Assembly: GCA_964016885.1 (NCBI GenBank)
Contig: CAXHJY010000386.1
Span: 1 to 64,000 of the forward strand
DNA length: 64,000 nt
Origin: Eledone cirrhosa
Taxonomy: Eukaryota
Reading direction: 5' to 3'
Shown: positions 24,868 through 41,929 of the stretch, piece by piece
Position numbering within the stretch: the stretch's first letter is position 1
Layout of the letters: each line of letters starts with the position of its first letter
The notes under the pieces: model-generated
Database searches by the model: none
What the model saw: only the letters and a program-made list of their open reading frames with translations
What the model was told of the DNA's origin: nothing
Program-made: the position numbers and the translations under genes

Positions 24868-27207
24868 ATCATCATCATCATCATCAACGTTTAACGTCCG
24901 TGTTCCACGCTTGCATGGGTTTGGACGGGGGTAGTCCCACTTGAGGCAAGAGTGATTGTCTTGCTCGCATAGGACTGTCTGGCAGGTTTTCTACAGTTGG
25001 ATGCCCTTCCTAACACCAACCACATTTACAGTGTGGGTCTGGGAGGTTTTTACCGTGTTGCCTACACGGCCACATTACAGCGTGGACTGTGTGTTTTTTT
25101 GTCGTGACACCTACACGATCTCGTTTGTTTCGGCCTGGATGGCGCGGCACCAACATAACTTTACATGGAACGGGGTGGTGTGGATGGGGTGGGGGTGGTG
25201 GCTGGACGGGGTGTAGTTTGTTAGAGATGCCTACTGGCAAGGCGGGTCTTCTCTGTTACTGAGTACCGCCAAAGGTCACGGTCCAGTGACATTGTCTTGG
25301 AGAGGTGTAAGTGTATGAGGTCGGAGTTTATCAGCTCATCCCATGTTTTTCTAGGTCTGCCTATTCCGTGGCTACCGTCTATCTTTATTGCCCTGCACTT
25401 TGTAATACAGCTATCGACTTTCATGCGCATCACGTGTCCATACCAACGCAGCCTTCTCTCGAGTAAACAACATCTGATCCCTCTTAGTTCGTTTATGCTT
25501 TGCCGTTCACGTATATTACTGTTACACATCCAGCGGAGCATGCAAGCTTCGTTCCTCTCTAGTCTGCGTATATCCTCTGCACACAATGCCCAGGTCTCAC
25601 TACCATGCAACATTGCTGTTCGTATGCAGGCATCGTACAACCTGCCTTTCATTTTTATGGAGAACCCTTTAGCAGCTAATAGTGGTATAAGCTCTCTGAA
25701 CTTTTTCCAACCAGTTCTGACTCTAGCTACAGTACTTTCAGAGCACCCTCCCCCACTGCTGATTTTATCGCCCAGGTAACGGAAGCTGTCCACTATTTCT
25801 ATAGAACCCTCTGCGCAATTGAAAGAGCTAGTATTTTGTGGGCACTTGCTGCTACTTATTGCACCAGAACATCGGCCACATGTAAAGTCTATGTTCTTAG
25901 TTAGCTTACCTGTGATCCCACTACATCTTTTATGCACCCATACTTTGCATTTAGGACATAAGATGGAGTTTCTACCTACGCCTTTCCTACATACCGAGCA
26001 CGACCATTTCCCAGAAGGGACCGCCGCCTTGTTTTCTTTCCTACAAACTAGAACTTTGGTCTTAGCCAGGTTAATTTTAAGTCCTTTTGACTCTAGGCCG
26101 TGCTTCCATGTTTGGAATTTCTTCTCTAGCTCGGCCATTGATTCCGCTATGAGTGTCAGGTCGTCTGCGTATAGGAGTTCCCATGGGCAGCCTGTCTTGA
26201 ACTCCTCTGTTATAGCCTGAAGGGCAATAATAAATAGTAGGGGGCTGAGAACAGAGCCCTGATGGACGCCAACTTTTACGCTAAACTCTTCACTATATTC
26301 GTTGTTAATTCTAACCTTGCTGACTGTTTCTTTATACATGGCTTGTATAGCCCTCACAAGCCATTCGTCAACGCCTAGTTTTCTAAGAGCCCACCAGATA
26401 ATGGAGCGGGGGACTCTGTCGAAGGCTTTCTCCAGGTCGACAAAAGCTAAGTAGAGGGGTTTACCTTTAGCTAGGTACTTCTCCTGTAGTTGTCGTACTA
26501 TGAAAAGAGCGTCTGTGGTGCTTTTGCCTGACACAAACCCGAACTGCATTTCATCTAGATCAATTCTCTCTCTGATTAGTTGCGCTATTACTTTTTCCGT
26601 GACCTTCATGACCTGGTCGATTAATTTAATGCCTCTATAGTTACTCCTATCTAGGGCGTCTCCTTTACCCTTATAACAGTTAACGATGATGCTGCTATGC
26701 CAGTCCTTCGGAACAACCCCATTCTGTACGACTTGGTTAACTATGCGGGTGACCATGGTGTGTCCCACCGTGCCAGATGCCTTCAGCATCTCAGCAACTA
26801 TTTCCGAAGGCCCAGCCGCCTTACCAGTCTTCATATCCTTGATTGCCTTACTTATTATACTCCCCTCGACTAACACTGCTGGTCCCTCTATCGGGTCGAT
26901 ATGGGGGAGACTGTCTTTCTCCCATTTATTCTCCTCATTTAGTAGCCTTTCATAGTGACACTTCCAAGCTACCTTCTTATCAGTGTCGGTGATGGCAAGT
27001 ATGCCATCATCGTTAAGTACACACTTCTCCCCGACAATATCACGGTTTTCCTTGACGCATTGCCTGGCAATCCTGAACACCTCACGTTTTTGGTCATCGC
27101 GTTGTAGAACATGCTTGAACTTTCTTTCCTCCGCTTCCCTTCTTGCTAAGTACACTTCTCTCCTAGCTTCCCTCCTGGCCACTTGATAGTCTACTCTACT
27201 TCCCCCA
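24868..27207 (-). mobile_element. RTE-clade LINE, 5'-truncated; uninterrupted 653-aa RT-containing ORF at 25221-27182
   Basis: NYRGIKL, QFGF, FVDLEKAFDRV, GVHQGSVLSP, YADD, a Cys/His finger, RLRWYGHVMR, GRPRKTW, a 3' UTR and an (ATG)n tail. No APE endonuclease is present. Confidence 0.95.
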
Positions 27208-27599
27208 TAGAGTAGACTATCAAGTGGCCATATATATATTTATATATATATATATTTATTTATATATATATATATTTATTTATATATATATATATTTATT
27301 TATATATATATATATTTATTTATATATATATATATTTATTTATATATATATTTATTTATATATATATATATATTTATTTATATATATATATTTATATATA
27401 TATATGTAAGTATGTATGTATACGTACATACATGTATGTATAGACGTACAGTAGCATGCATATATATATATATATACATACATACAGGTACACATACATA
27501 TATGTACGTATCAGTTTAGCGTACTAAGAGTGAGAAATGAAATTTCGTTTTCATTTTATTACAACTTATATATATATATATATTTATTTATTTATATAA

Positions 27600-28168
27600 A
27601 GATAGAGGGCAATAAAGATAGACGGTAGTCACGGAATAGGCAGACCTAGAAAAACCTGGGACGAGCTGATAAACTCCGACATCACACACTTACACCTCTC
27701 CAAGACAATGTCACTGGACCGAGACCTTTGGCGGTACTCAGTAACAGAGAAGACCCGCCTTACCTAAATATATAGTAAAACCTACTCCAGCCAGTAGGCA
27801 TCTCTAACAAAATACACCCCGTCCCACCACCCCCACCCCCACCCGATCCACACCACCCCGTTCTATGTAAAGTTATGTTGGTGCCGCGCCATCGAGGCCG
27901 AAACAAATGAGATCGTGTAGGTGTCACGACAAAAAAACACACAGTCCACGCTGTAATGTGGCCGTGTAGGCAACACGGTAAAAACCTCCCAGACCCACAC
28001 TGTAAATGTGGTTGGTGTTAGGAAGGGCATCCAACTGTAGAAAACCTGCCAGACAGTCCTATGCGAGCAAGACAATCACTCTTGCCTCAAGTGGGACTAC
28101 CCCCGTCCAAACCCATGCAAGCGTGGAACACGGACGTTAAACGTTGATGATGATGATGATGATGATGA
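27600..28168 (+). mobile_element. 3'-end copy of the same RTE family, inverted relative to 24868-25395
   Basis: Near-identical reverse complement of 24880-25395 (ORF end, 3' UTR, (ATG)n tail). Confidence 0.9.
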
Positions 28169-28504
28169 TATATATATTTATTTATTTATATATATATATT
28201 TATATATATATATATTTATTTATTTATATATATATATTTATTTATATATATATCTTTATTTATTTATATATATATCTTTATCTATGTATATATATATCTT
28301 TATCTATGTATATATATATTTATATATATATATTTATTTGTGTTTATATGTATATATATGTATATATATATTTATATATATATATTTATTTGTGTTTATA
28401 TGTATATATATATATATTTATATGTACATATAAATATTTATTTATATATATATGTATTTATAAATATTTATTTATATATTTATTTATATTTTCATCTTTT
28501 CCAG

Positions 28505-28746
28505 TCTCTGCCCTCGGGCCTCCACCTTCCTATGACTCAGTTATGCAAGGTGATGCCTACTCCTATGGTCCCGCGCCACCACCACCACCACCACCACATG
28601 GGATTTACCAGCCAACTCCCCCATACCCACAACCACCTGGTATTATGGGGAGCCCTTATGGCCCACCAAATATTGGCTATCCATCGTATGGAATGCCACC
28701 CCCACATGCAGCATCACCTGTGGTAGTGGCCCCAACAACAATCATT
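28505..28746 (+). CDS. Coding exon 2 of the putative Pro/Tyr-rich tail-anchored protein ((V)[14 protein letters not shown]...[10 protein letters not shown])
   Basis: Acceptor ttttcatcttttccAG, 242-nt open frame with PPSY and many P/Y/G motifs, donor GTAAGA at 28747 (phase 0). GC-richer, coding-like composition inside an AT desert. Confidence 0.8.
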
Positions 28747-29099
28747 GTAAGACATTTATTTTGTTAGTTTTTTTAACATTTGTTTTTTTTATTTATTAAC
28801 CCTTTAGCATTTACATTACTCTATATATACGATTGTATTTTCACAATAAAGGCTTTATCTTACATAATTATCTCACATAATATTGAATATACAAGATTTT
28901 GATGTTATTTATTTTAAGAATAATACCTTAATGTCAGTATGAGAAGCCAGTTATGGTCGGTTTGAACAGAAAGAGGTGAAAGAATTCTTGCCAGATATGG
29001 CCAGTTTAAATGTTAAAGGGTTAATTACTTATATATTTATTTGATTATTTCATCATCATCATCATGGCAATCTTCAATTTCGTTTTCGTGCCAACCCTT

Positions 29100-29790
29100 A
29101 CCTATGGTCATACATCTTGGGTAATGACCGAAAGAATATCATTGTGAATACAAATGATCAAAATGGGATTCCTCCGAAGAGTCTTTGGAGTAACGTTACT
29201 TGATAAGGTGCGTAACTTGGATATCAGAGTGTCACTCCAGGTAGAGCTGCTACTTCTCCAAATTGAGAGATCACAGCTCCGATACTATGGGCATGTGGTT
29301 AGAATGTCTCAGAAAAGAATATGTAGCTCAGAGATCAGAGAGTCACTCCATGTAGAGCTGCTACTTCTCCAAATTGAGAGATCACAGCTCCAATACTATA
29401 GGAATGTGGTTAGAATGTCTCAGAAAAGAATATGTAGCTCAGAGATCAGAGAGTCACTCCATGTAGAGCTGCTACTTCTCCAAATTGAGAGATCACAGCT
29501 CTGATACTATGAGCATGTGGTTAGAATGTCTCAGAAAAGAATCATTGGACAGATTTTATGGACAAAACCAACCGGCAAGAGACCCAGAAGTAGACCCTCC
29601 GAGCAAGATGGTTGGATAATGAGCTTGGCTGGTCACGGTTAGGGATCCAGCCGGATCTGTTGGAGACGGTTGCTTCTGACAGGACCCTCTGGAAGGAGTA
29701 TTTGAGGACTCTGTCCCCATGACCCTCTCAGGAATAGGTGGGTGTAGATCGTTGTTGTCATTACCATCATCAATGTCATCATCATCATCA
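29100..29790 (+). mobile_element. Second RTE-like (Expander-type) LINE 3' fragment with an internal 111-bp triplication; another copy at about 61775-62155
   Basis: MGFLRRVFGVTLLDKVR..IR.SL.VELLLLQIERSQLRYYGHVVRM. The 37-codon unit is repeated about 3 times here and occurs once at 61855-61955. Confidence 0.8.
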
Positions 29791-30865
29791 TAATCATCAT
29801 TATAGTCATCTATATATATATATGTGTGTATATATATATATATATATGTTTGTGTGTGTGTGTGATATATATATATATGTTTGTGTGTGTATATATATAT
29901 ATATATACACATATATATATATACACACACAGTCCTCAAACATATATATATATATATATATGTTTGTGTGTGTGTGTGATATATATATATATGTTTGTGT
30001 GTGTATATCATCATCATTTTACGTCCGCTTTTCCCTGCTTGCAAGGGTGGGACACATATATACACATATATATATATACACATATATATATATACACACA
30101 CAGTCCTCAAACATATATATATATATATATATATATCTCACGCTGTGAGATGGGTTAGCCTCCCCATATTGGTACTATCCAGTACTGGGCTCCAACTGGC
30201 CTCTTCACATAGTGGTGCTATCCAATGCCAGACTCCTAAACTGTGGCCCCACACCTGTCCCTCCTCATCCAGTACCAGGCCCCCAAAATGGTGGCTATGC
30301 TGTGAGACGGGTTAGGCTCCTCATATCGGTGCCTTCCAGTACCAGGTTCCTAAACTATGGTTCCACTGTTAGATTGGTTGGGCTCCAAAACTGTCATTCC
30401 GTTGTGAGACAGGTTAGGCACGGCCAACTTGCCCGTCCCTCCTCTACACAGAGCCATCCAGTCCCATACTGTAACTGTGCTTGATGTTAGGAAGGACATC
30501 TAGCCTTAAAATACCCAGCCAAATTTACAGACCTCGACAGAGCAAGGTGTGACAAGGCTAATCCTGGCTAGACTTGCCTTCCAGCATCGATGACTCGTCT
30601 AACCCATGCAAGCATGAAAGAATTGAAGCTAATTGGAAATGATGATGATGATGATAATGGTGCTTCTTTGTTGAAATCAATGCCTCACTGAATTGTTGCT
30701 AAAGGTCATCAAACAAAGTAATAATTTGGAATAGATAATTTGTAGCGTCATTATTTGTGTTGTATGTTTGTAAAAATATATTCTTTTTATCTAATAATTG
30801 TACCTCATTCAATATTAACCTAATCTAATGAAATTATTGGGGAGGTCTCTGAATTATGCTCAACA

Positions 30866-33901
<3,036 letters not shown>

Positions 33902-34271
33902 GGTAGTTTTTTCCATGCTTCAGAAACTCTGAGCATGAAAAAATGTTTCCGAAAGTCATGGGAGCTGTGCTGTTTTCTGACTTTGTGGGCATGCCCACGT
34001 GTGTTAGACACATGGAAATCAAAAAGGTACTCAGGGTTGTTGTTGGCAAGATGGTTAATAATTTTGTGGGTGTTTACCAAGTCCATTGCCAGACGGAGCT
34101 TCAATGTATCCATGCCCAGGGAAGCAAGGCGTTCAGAGTATGGTAGATGCCTGATGGAGGGTATTCGCTTGGTTGCACGTCTCTTATATATATAAGGGAA
34201 GCTAAATTCTCCCTCCCTGCTTCCTCCACTAAAGAAATAGTGCTTCTAACAGAAATCTATCTCTATTTCAG

Positions 34272-34394
34272 AATCCAACAGGAGGTCCAGCACAAGTAGT
34301 ACCACAAAACAACAGCCGACGAAAAATCATGGCCATTCTTCTTGTTATTTTTCTACCACTCTGCCTTTTTATATTTATATACCTCATTTTTTGA
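34272..34394 (+). CDS. Terminal coding exon 3 (NPTGGPAQVVPQNNSRRKIMAILLVIFLPLCLFIFIYLIF*), C-terminal transmembrane helix
   Basis: Acceptor ctctatttcAG, phase 0 compatible with exon 2. Basic RRK then 22 uncharged, mostly hydrophobic residues, TGA at 34392-34394. Confidence 0.7.
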   Translation, partial: NPTGGPAQVVPQNNSRRKIMAILLVIFLPLCLFIFIYLIF

Positions 34395-34899
34395 TTAATT
34401 CCCTCCACAATCTACATCCAATCTGCTGCTTCGTACAAAAACGTTTTTTTTTTCTTATAATTATTATATTTTTTTTGCGATGGGAGTTGTTTTTTGTTAT
34501 GTTATTGATGACTGGAAGATAACAGCTTTGTGGCTGACCCATTTATTGTGTCCATCCATGTGCTAAGCCATTTGTTTGTCTATCTGTCCAGCTAACTGTT
34601 CATCTACCTATCTGTTTATCTATCTATCTGTCCATCTATCTATCTGTCTATCCATCTGTCCATCTATCTATCTGTCTCTCTACCCATCTATCTATGTGTC
34701 TATCTAATTATCTATCTATCTGTCCTATCTGTCTATCTATCTATCTCTTCATCTATCTGTCTATCTATCTTCTCTTCTCCCCCTCTCTCTCTGTCTCATT
34801 ATATGTCATAACATTGTCATGCTGATTACTGTGCATGTGCATGACACTAAAATGTGTAATTTTTTTTATAATCAAGCCTGTGCAAAGCTGATATTAAGC

Positions 34900-35375
34900 T
34901 CAGGCCAGATGTAAAACGTTGCCCCACCTCCACAAGCTGGTAATAGGCTCAAGCCAGATGTAAAATATTGCTTCCCACCGTACCGCCACAAGCTAGTAAT
35001 AGGTCAAAATCAGATGTAAAATGAGCCCCTCCCCATCCCCGTAACCGGCTCATGCCAGATGTAAAATGTTGTCACTCTCTCTATAAGCTGGTAACAGGCC
35101 CAGACCAGATGCAAAATGACCCCCCCCCCCTCACATCTTTCCACAAGCTGGTAACCGGCTCATGCCAGATGTAAAATGTTGTCACTCTCCCTCCATAAGC
35201 TGGTAACAGGCCTAGACCAGATGTAAAATGACCCCCCCCTCCAACTCACCACAAGCTGGTAACAAGCCCAGGCCTGATGTAAAAGGCTGTCACTCTCTCC
35301 ACAAGCTGGTAGCAAGCCCAGGCAGGCCTGATGTTAAATGTTGCCTCCCCTCCTCCCACACACAAGCTGTTAATA
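34900..35375. repeat. Degenerate ~55-65-bp tandem repeat downstream of the novel gene's stop codon
   Basis: ccacaagctggtaa..ggc.ca.gccagatgtaaaatg recurring about 8 times. Confidence 0.75.
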
Positions 35376-35879
35376 AAACCCAGTGAACATATATTTACAC
35401 GTATCATAACAGAGCAAAAATACTAGAACAATTTATATAAAGATAATTCTTTATCAGAGAGTTCTCCCTCAAAAACTGTAGGCCCATGTTAAATTGCCTC
35501 CCCGTCCCCCTTCTCTCTGTTGTTCTGTCCTTTATTTAAGGAGCGTAACAGAACACATCAGCTGTTATGTTGCCAGTGACTCTGATCTGTCATACCAGGT
35601 TATGTCACTACATATTACAATATATGACACATACCATGTTATGTCACTACACATTACAAGAGACATTATGACACATGCCACTATGAACTGTCATACCCTT
35701 CTATGTTTCATATTACAACAAATATTATGTCACAAGTCACTATGATCCGTCATACCGTGTTATATTACTACATATTACATCATATATTATGTCACAACCA
35801 CTATGACATAAGTCACTATGATCTGTTGCAGCATGTTATGTCACAGCAAAAGTCCTGTCACATGTAATTATGATTTGTT

Positions 35880-36900
35880 AATGTTATGTCACAATCACTG
35901 TGATATAGGCCACTATGATCTGTTACATGTTGTGTCACAATCACTGTGATATAGGCCACTATGATCTGTTACATGTTGTGTCACAATCAGTGATATAGGC
36001 CACTATGATCTGTTACATGTTATGTCACAATCACTGTGATATAGGGCACTATGATCTGTTACATGTTATGTCACAATCACTGTGATATAGGCCACTATGA
36101 TCTGTTACATGTTGTGTCACAATCACTGTGATATAGGGCACTATGATCTGTTACATGGTGTGTCACAATCACTGTGATATAGGGCACTATGATCTGTTAC
36201 ATGTTGTGTCACAATCACTGTGATATAGGGCACTATGATCTGTTACATGGTGTGTCCAAATCAGTGATATAGGCCACTATGATCTGTTACATGTTATGTC
36301 ACAATCACTGTGATATAGGCCACTATGATCTGTTACATGTTATGTCACAATCACTGTGATATAGGCCACTATGATCTGTTACATGTTATGTCACAAATAA
36401 CTGTGATATAGGCCACTATGATCTGTTACATGTTATGTCACAATCACTGTGATATATCACAGTCGCTGTGATATAAGCCACTATGATCTGTTACATGTTA
36501 TGTCACAAATAACTGTGAATGTGTAACTATGTCGTGTGAAAGTGTCATAATGTGTGACATCAGAGTGTGATTTGACCTTCTTAATTTGTAACATGTATTG
36601 TTTAGATGTTATTACACACAAGTCACATGCAGTTACACATCACAAGTCACATGCAGTTACACATCACAAGTCACACACAGTTACACGTCACAAGTCACAC
36701 AATTAAATGTCACAAGTCACACACAGTTACATGTCACAAGTCACACACAGAGTTACACATGTCACAAGTTACACACAGTTACATGTCACAAGTCACATAC
36801 AGTTACACATCACAAATCACACACAGTTACATTTGTCACAAGTTACACGTGACAAGTCACACACAGGTTACACATCACAAGTCACACACAAGGTACATGT
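35880..36900. repeat. 46-bp minisatellite (35880-36520, about 14 copies) followed by a ~24-bp minisatellite (36610-36900)
   Basis: atgatctgttacatgttatgtcacaatcactgtgatataggccact; cacaagtcacacacagttacatgt. Confidence 0.9.
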
Positions 36901-37060
36901 CATGCGGGACACACAGTTATGCATGTCAAACACAGAACACCACTTACATATGTCCCACACATAGCACCAGCAACACAGTCACATGTCACAATAAACCCAG
37001 CTGTAGTGTATATTATATAATGTCAAATGAAATAGTAATATACACAACTATAGTGTAGAT

Positions 37061-37099
<39 letters not shown>

Positions 37100-38220
37100 G
37101 ATGAGTTCCAGGCCTCGTGGATAAGTCCAAGATCGGGTATATCCGCAAAAAAGGAACGAAACTACTGGTAGTCGGGACTAGAGGAATTTTGGTTAAGTTT
37201 ATATGAATTTTTTCTTCAAACTTCTATTTTATACCTAACTCCGTGTAGTTGATTATTTGTCTAGTCAATTTCTATGGGCTAAAAGAAATAACTAGGTAAA
37301 TTTTATCTGGCTGTACCTCACGGAAGATAATCTGTATCATTTGTCTATTATTTCTTCATAGTTACATTTTAAACTTATAGCCTCGTTTAAATGATTATTT
37401 ATGTGGTTGATTTCTACGGACTAGGGAGAGGAAATACGGTATATATTTTATCTAATAATTCTTCAAACTTACAATTTTATATATATATCAAATGGAATAC
37501 TAATATACCCAACTATTGTGTTCAGTTCCATGGGAAAATTCATTTAAATAATAGCGGTCTTTGTTAGGGAAAAAGATGGGAACCATTGATGTATGTGGTT
37601 GTTCACCTTGCTAGAACTAGCAACCAAATTTCCCTCACATCACACTGTTCCTCTGCTTTATAAAAGAAGGAGGCATACATTAGATAATGTAGACAGACTT
37701 AATCCCTTTTCTCCTTTAACAATTCTACTTGGCCCTTGAGTACCTTTAATTGGGGTCCACTCTATTAGAAGTAGTCTCTGGTTTGAGAATACTTCCCTTC
37801 CCCCCCTTCTATTTGTCTTGGAAGACCTGAAAAGTGTTCTGGGTATTGGTTTTCCTTCTCTGACCAAGCAGTATAAGATAAAAATAGAAAGTTCTAGATA
37901 GCGCCCCCACCCCCCTCCAAATGACAGGATAGTCATAGCTGGAATGCATTTGTTCATAGTTGTTAGAACATATGGAATGTTTTGCAGTATTTGATGCAGC
38001 TCTCTGAGCATCAAATCCTGCCATGGACAACTTTGCTTTTCATTTTTCCAGGGTCAATAAAAGATAGTACCAAAGTACCAGTCATGTACTGGGGTCATTT
38101 CCTTATATCCATTTCTCATTTTCTCTCTCACACACACACATACATGCATACATATATATATACATATATATATATATATATGTGTGTAAGGTTAGTCATT
38201 TGTTTTCCCTATACCTTTAA

Positions 38221-38261
<41 letters not shown>

Positions 38262-38462
38262 GCAGTATGGTAGAGTGTCAGACAACATGCTTTGCAGCAT
38301 AGAGTTTCGGCCCTTTATGATCTGAGTTCAAATCCTGCTGAGGTTAACTTTGCCTTTCATCCTTACAGGGTCGATAAAGTAAAGTACCAGTCACACACTG
38401 GGGTTGATTTAATCGACTTCCCCTCCCCCAAATTTCTGGGCTTGTGCCTATATAAGAAACCG

Positions 38463-38505
<43 letters not shown>

Positions 38506-38937
38506 TATAAGTATTAATAAAATAGATGTTCTTTTGATCAATTACATTTTATTATACATATTTCGGATGTACAACAGTACGTCCTCATCAGACAAAATAT
38601 AATGATACATGACATACCCTGAGATGTTAAATGGTTAAGATTTAATCAAGGTAGTGATTACATAATCATCGAATATTGTTTAACAACTTAATACTTATAT
38701 ATATATATATATATGACAAGTATGTATGTTTTGAAACAGCAAGCGAGTTTGAAATTAGAAACAGCTTTTGCCACATTTTTTTTTACTAAAGAAATTTTAG
38801 CCTGACATAGGAGTCTAGAACCCTCCAAGAAATAGAAAAAAATGAGTATTGACACATTTCCATTTCTTGGAGGGTTCTATGCCTCACTGACGGGCTAACA
38901 TTTCTTTTGCCACAAAAATGTGGCAAAAGCTTCTGTT

Positions 38938-39019
<82 letters not shown>

Positions 39020-39226
39020 ATAATAATAAATGTGAAGACTAAAATCCAAAGAGGGGCTCGATAAGGATAAATATATATCAAATATATAAGAACCCTAGAG
39101 CAAATATTTATTAAAATAACAGATTAAAGTTTAAGCAAAGAATCGCTGCTTTCACCCTCAATGGGAACTTCAGAAGATCCCGTAAGGGTGAAAGCAGTGA
39201 TTCTTTGCTTAAACTTTAATCTGTTA

Positions 39227-39278
<52 letters not shown>

Positions 39279-39419
39279 GGGTTGAACAATGAAAAGAAAA
39301 AGATGAGGTCTAGGGCTTAATTAATTCAGAATATATATATGTATAAAGATACTTGCTAAAGATACCATGAGTGGGATTGAACCCTAAATTTTATGATTGT
39401 GAAATAAGGAGCTACTTGG

Positions 39420-39780
39420 GCATTCAGGCAAGTTGTATCTGCTGTATCCAGTCGGAGAAAACTGGCAGCTGTATCATACATTACAATGTTTCAGCTCATT
39501 TTTCACACCTGATCCAAGCTTTCTTAGCAAAGAAAAGCATTTTGCTCATTTGCCAAGCTTCCTTCCCTTCCCACTCTCCAGACATGGCTCCTGCTGACTT
39601 TGAGAGCCATTCTGGGAGAAGCATTCCAGACTTACTTCGAACAATGGAAGGGTCACTGAGTTAAGCATGTGGAGGCACAAGGGGCCTATTTTGAAGGAGA
39701 TTAGAAATTGAATCCCACCAAATACATGATTTTTTTTTCCAGGCCTAAGGCTGGATACTTTTTTTTTATAGACCTTGCAT
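39420..39780 (+). mobile_element. Mariner transposase fragment
   Basis: IIHYNVSAHFSHLIQAFLAKKSI...PSHSPDMAPADF resembles mariner HDNA..H...YSPDLAP.DF. Confidence 0.75.
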
Positions 39781-39890
39781 CTTAAAATGAGCTTAATCAA
39801 TAGAAGCAAACAACACAGACACACATGAACTGTTACTTTGTAATCACATATGTGGCTTTCTCTCTCCCCCCTCTCTCTCTCTCTCTCTCG

Positions 39891-39892
<2 letters not shown>

Positions 39893-39940
<48 letters not shown>

Positions 39941-39991
39941 ATGTATGTATATATATGTGTGTATGTATGTATATATATGTGTGTACGTATG

Positions 39992-40034
<43 letters not shown>

Positions 40035-40049
40035 ATATATATATATATA

Positions 40050-40088
<39 letters not shown>

Positions 40089-40479
40089 TTGTATATATAT
40101 ATATATATGTGTGTGTATATATATATATATATGTGTGTGTATATATATATATATATATATGTGTGTGTATATATATATATATGTGTGTGTATATATATAT
40201 ATATATGTGTGTGTATATATATATATGTGTGTGTATATATATATATGTGTATGTATATATATATGTGTATGTATATATATATATGTGTATGTATATATAT
40301 ATATGTGTATGTATATATATATATGTGTATGTATATATATATATGTGTATGTATATATATATATATATGTGTGTATGTATATATATATGTGTATGTATGT
40401 ATGTATGTGTATATATATATATATATGTGTATGTATGTATATATATATGTGTATGTGTATATATATATATATGTGCATG

Positions 40480-40510
<31 letters not shown>

Positions 40511-40894
40511 ATATATATATATATGTGTATATATATATATATATGTGTGTAGTTATGTATATATATATATATATATATATGTGTGTATGTATATATATAT
40601 ATATATATGTGTGTAGGTATGTATGTATATATATATATATATATGTGTGTAGGTATGTATATATATATATATATATATGTGTAGGTATGTGTATATATAT
40701 ATATATGTATATATATATGTGTGTATGTATATATATATGTATATATATATATATGTGAATGTATATATATATATATATGTATATATATGTATATATGTGT
40801 ATATATATATATATATGTATATGTATATATATATGTGTATATATATATGTATATGTATATGTATATATATATATGTATATGTATATATGTATAT

Positions 40895-40926
<32 letters not shown>

Positions 40927-40942
40927 GTATATATGTATATGT

Positions 40943-40975
<33 letters not shown>

Positions 40976-40986
40976 TATATATATGT

Positions 40987-41020
<34 letters not shown>

Positions 41021-41036
41021 ATATATACATATACAT

Positions 41037-41124
<88 letters not shown>

Positions 41125-41140
41125 ATATATACATATATAC

Positions 41141-41172
<32 letters not shown>

Positions 41173-41363
41173 ATATACATATATATATATACATATACAT
41201 ATATATACATATATATATATGCATATACATATATATATATATACATATACATATATATACATATATATATATGCATATACATATATATATATATACATAT
41301 ATATACATATGTATATATATATGTATATATGTATATGTATATATGTATATGTATATATATGTA

Positions 41364-41420
<57 letters not shown>
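39893..41420. repeat. Compound (TA)n/(TG)n/(CA)n microsatellite, about 1.5 kb
   Basis: Directly visible. Confidence 0.95.
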
Positions 41421-41929
41421 ATACATATACACACTCACACTCACACACACTATTTATATATACATACACACACATATATCCACACATTCATTTTTCTTTT
41501 TTTCTTCTGTTATTGTCGTGCATGTTATATGCGATAACTGAAAAGGTTTGTACCAGGACAGGTATCCAACCATGAACTATTGCCTCAAACAGGAGCCCAT
41601 AATGAATATGATTGAAACTGAGATGGGGCTTGCAAGGCTAACCCTTGCTTTATGAAGGAAAATAGCCTTAAAATGCTTATTTTATATAAATAAATCAAAT
41701 AAAACAACAACAAACTATATATATATATATATAAATAATAACAAAACAAAACGAGGTAATCACCTTACCAGACATTTTTGTGAAATAATTTATATATTAA
41801 AATGTAAAAATATAAAAAAAGTATGTTTAAGTATAAGAAAAAAATATATATATATACATATATATACCAAACATGATATCCTGATCACAACCCCAGGGCT
41901 TATTTTAAAAAAAAAAATTAAAAAAATAT

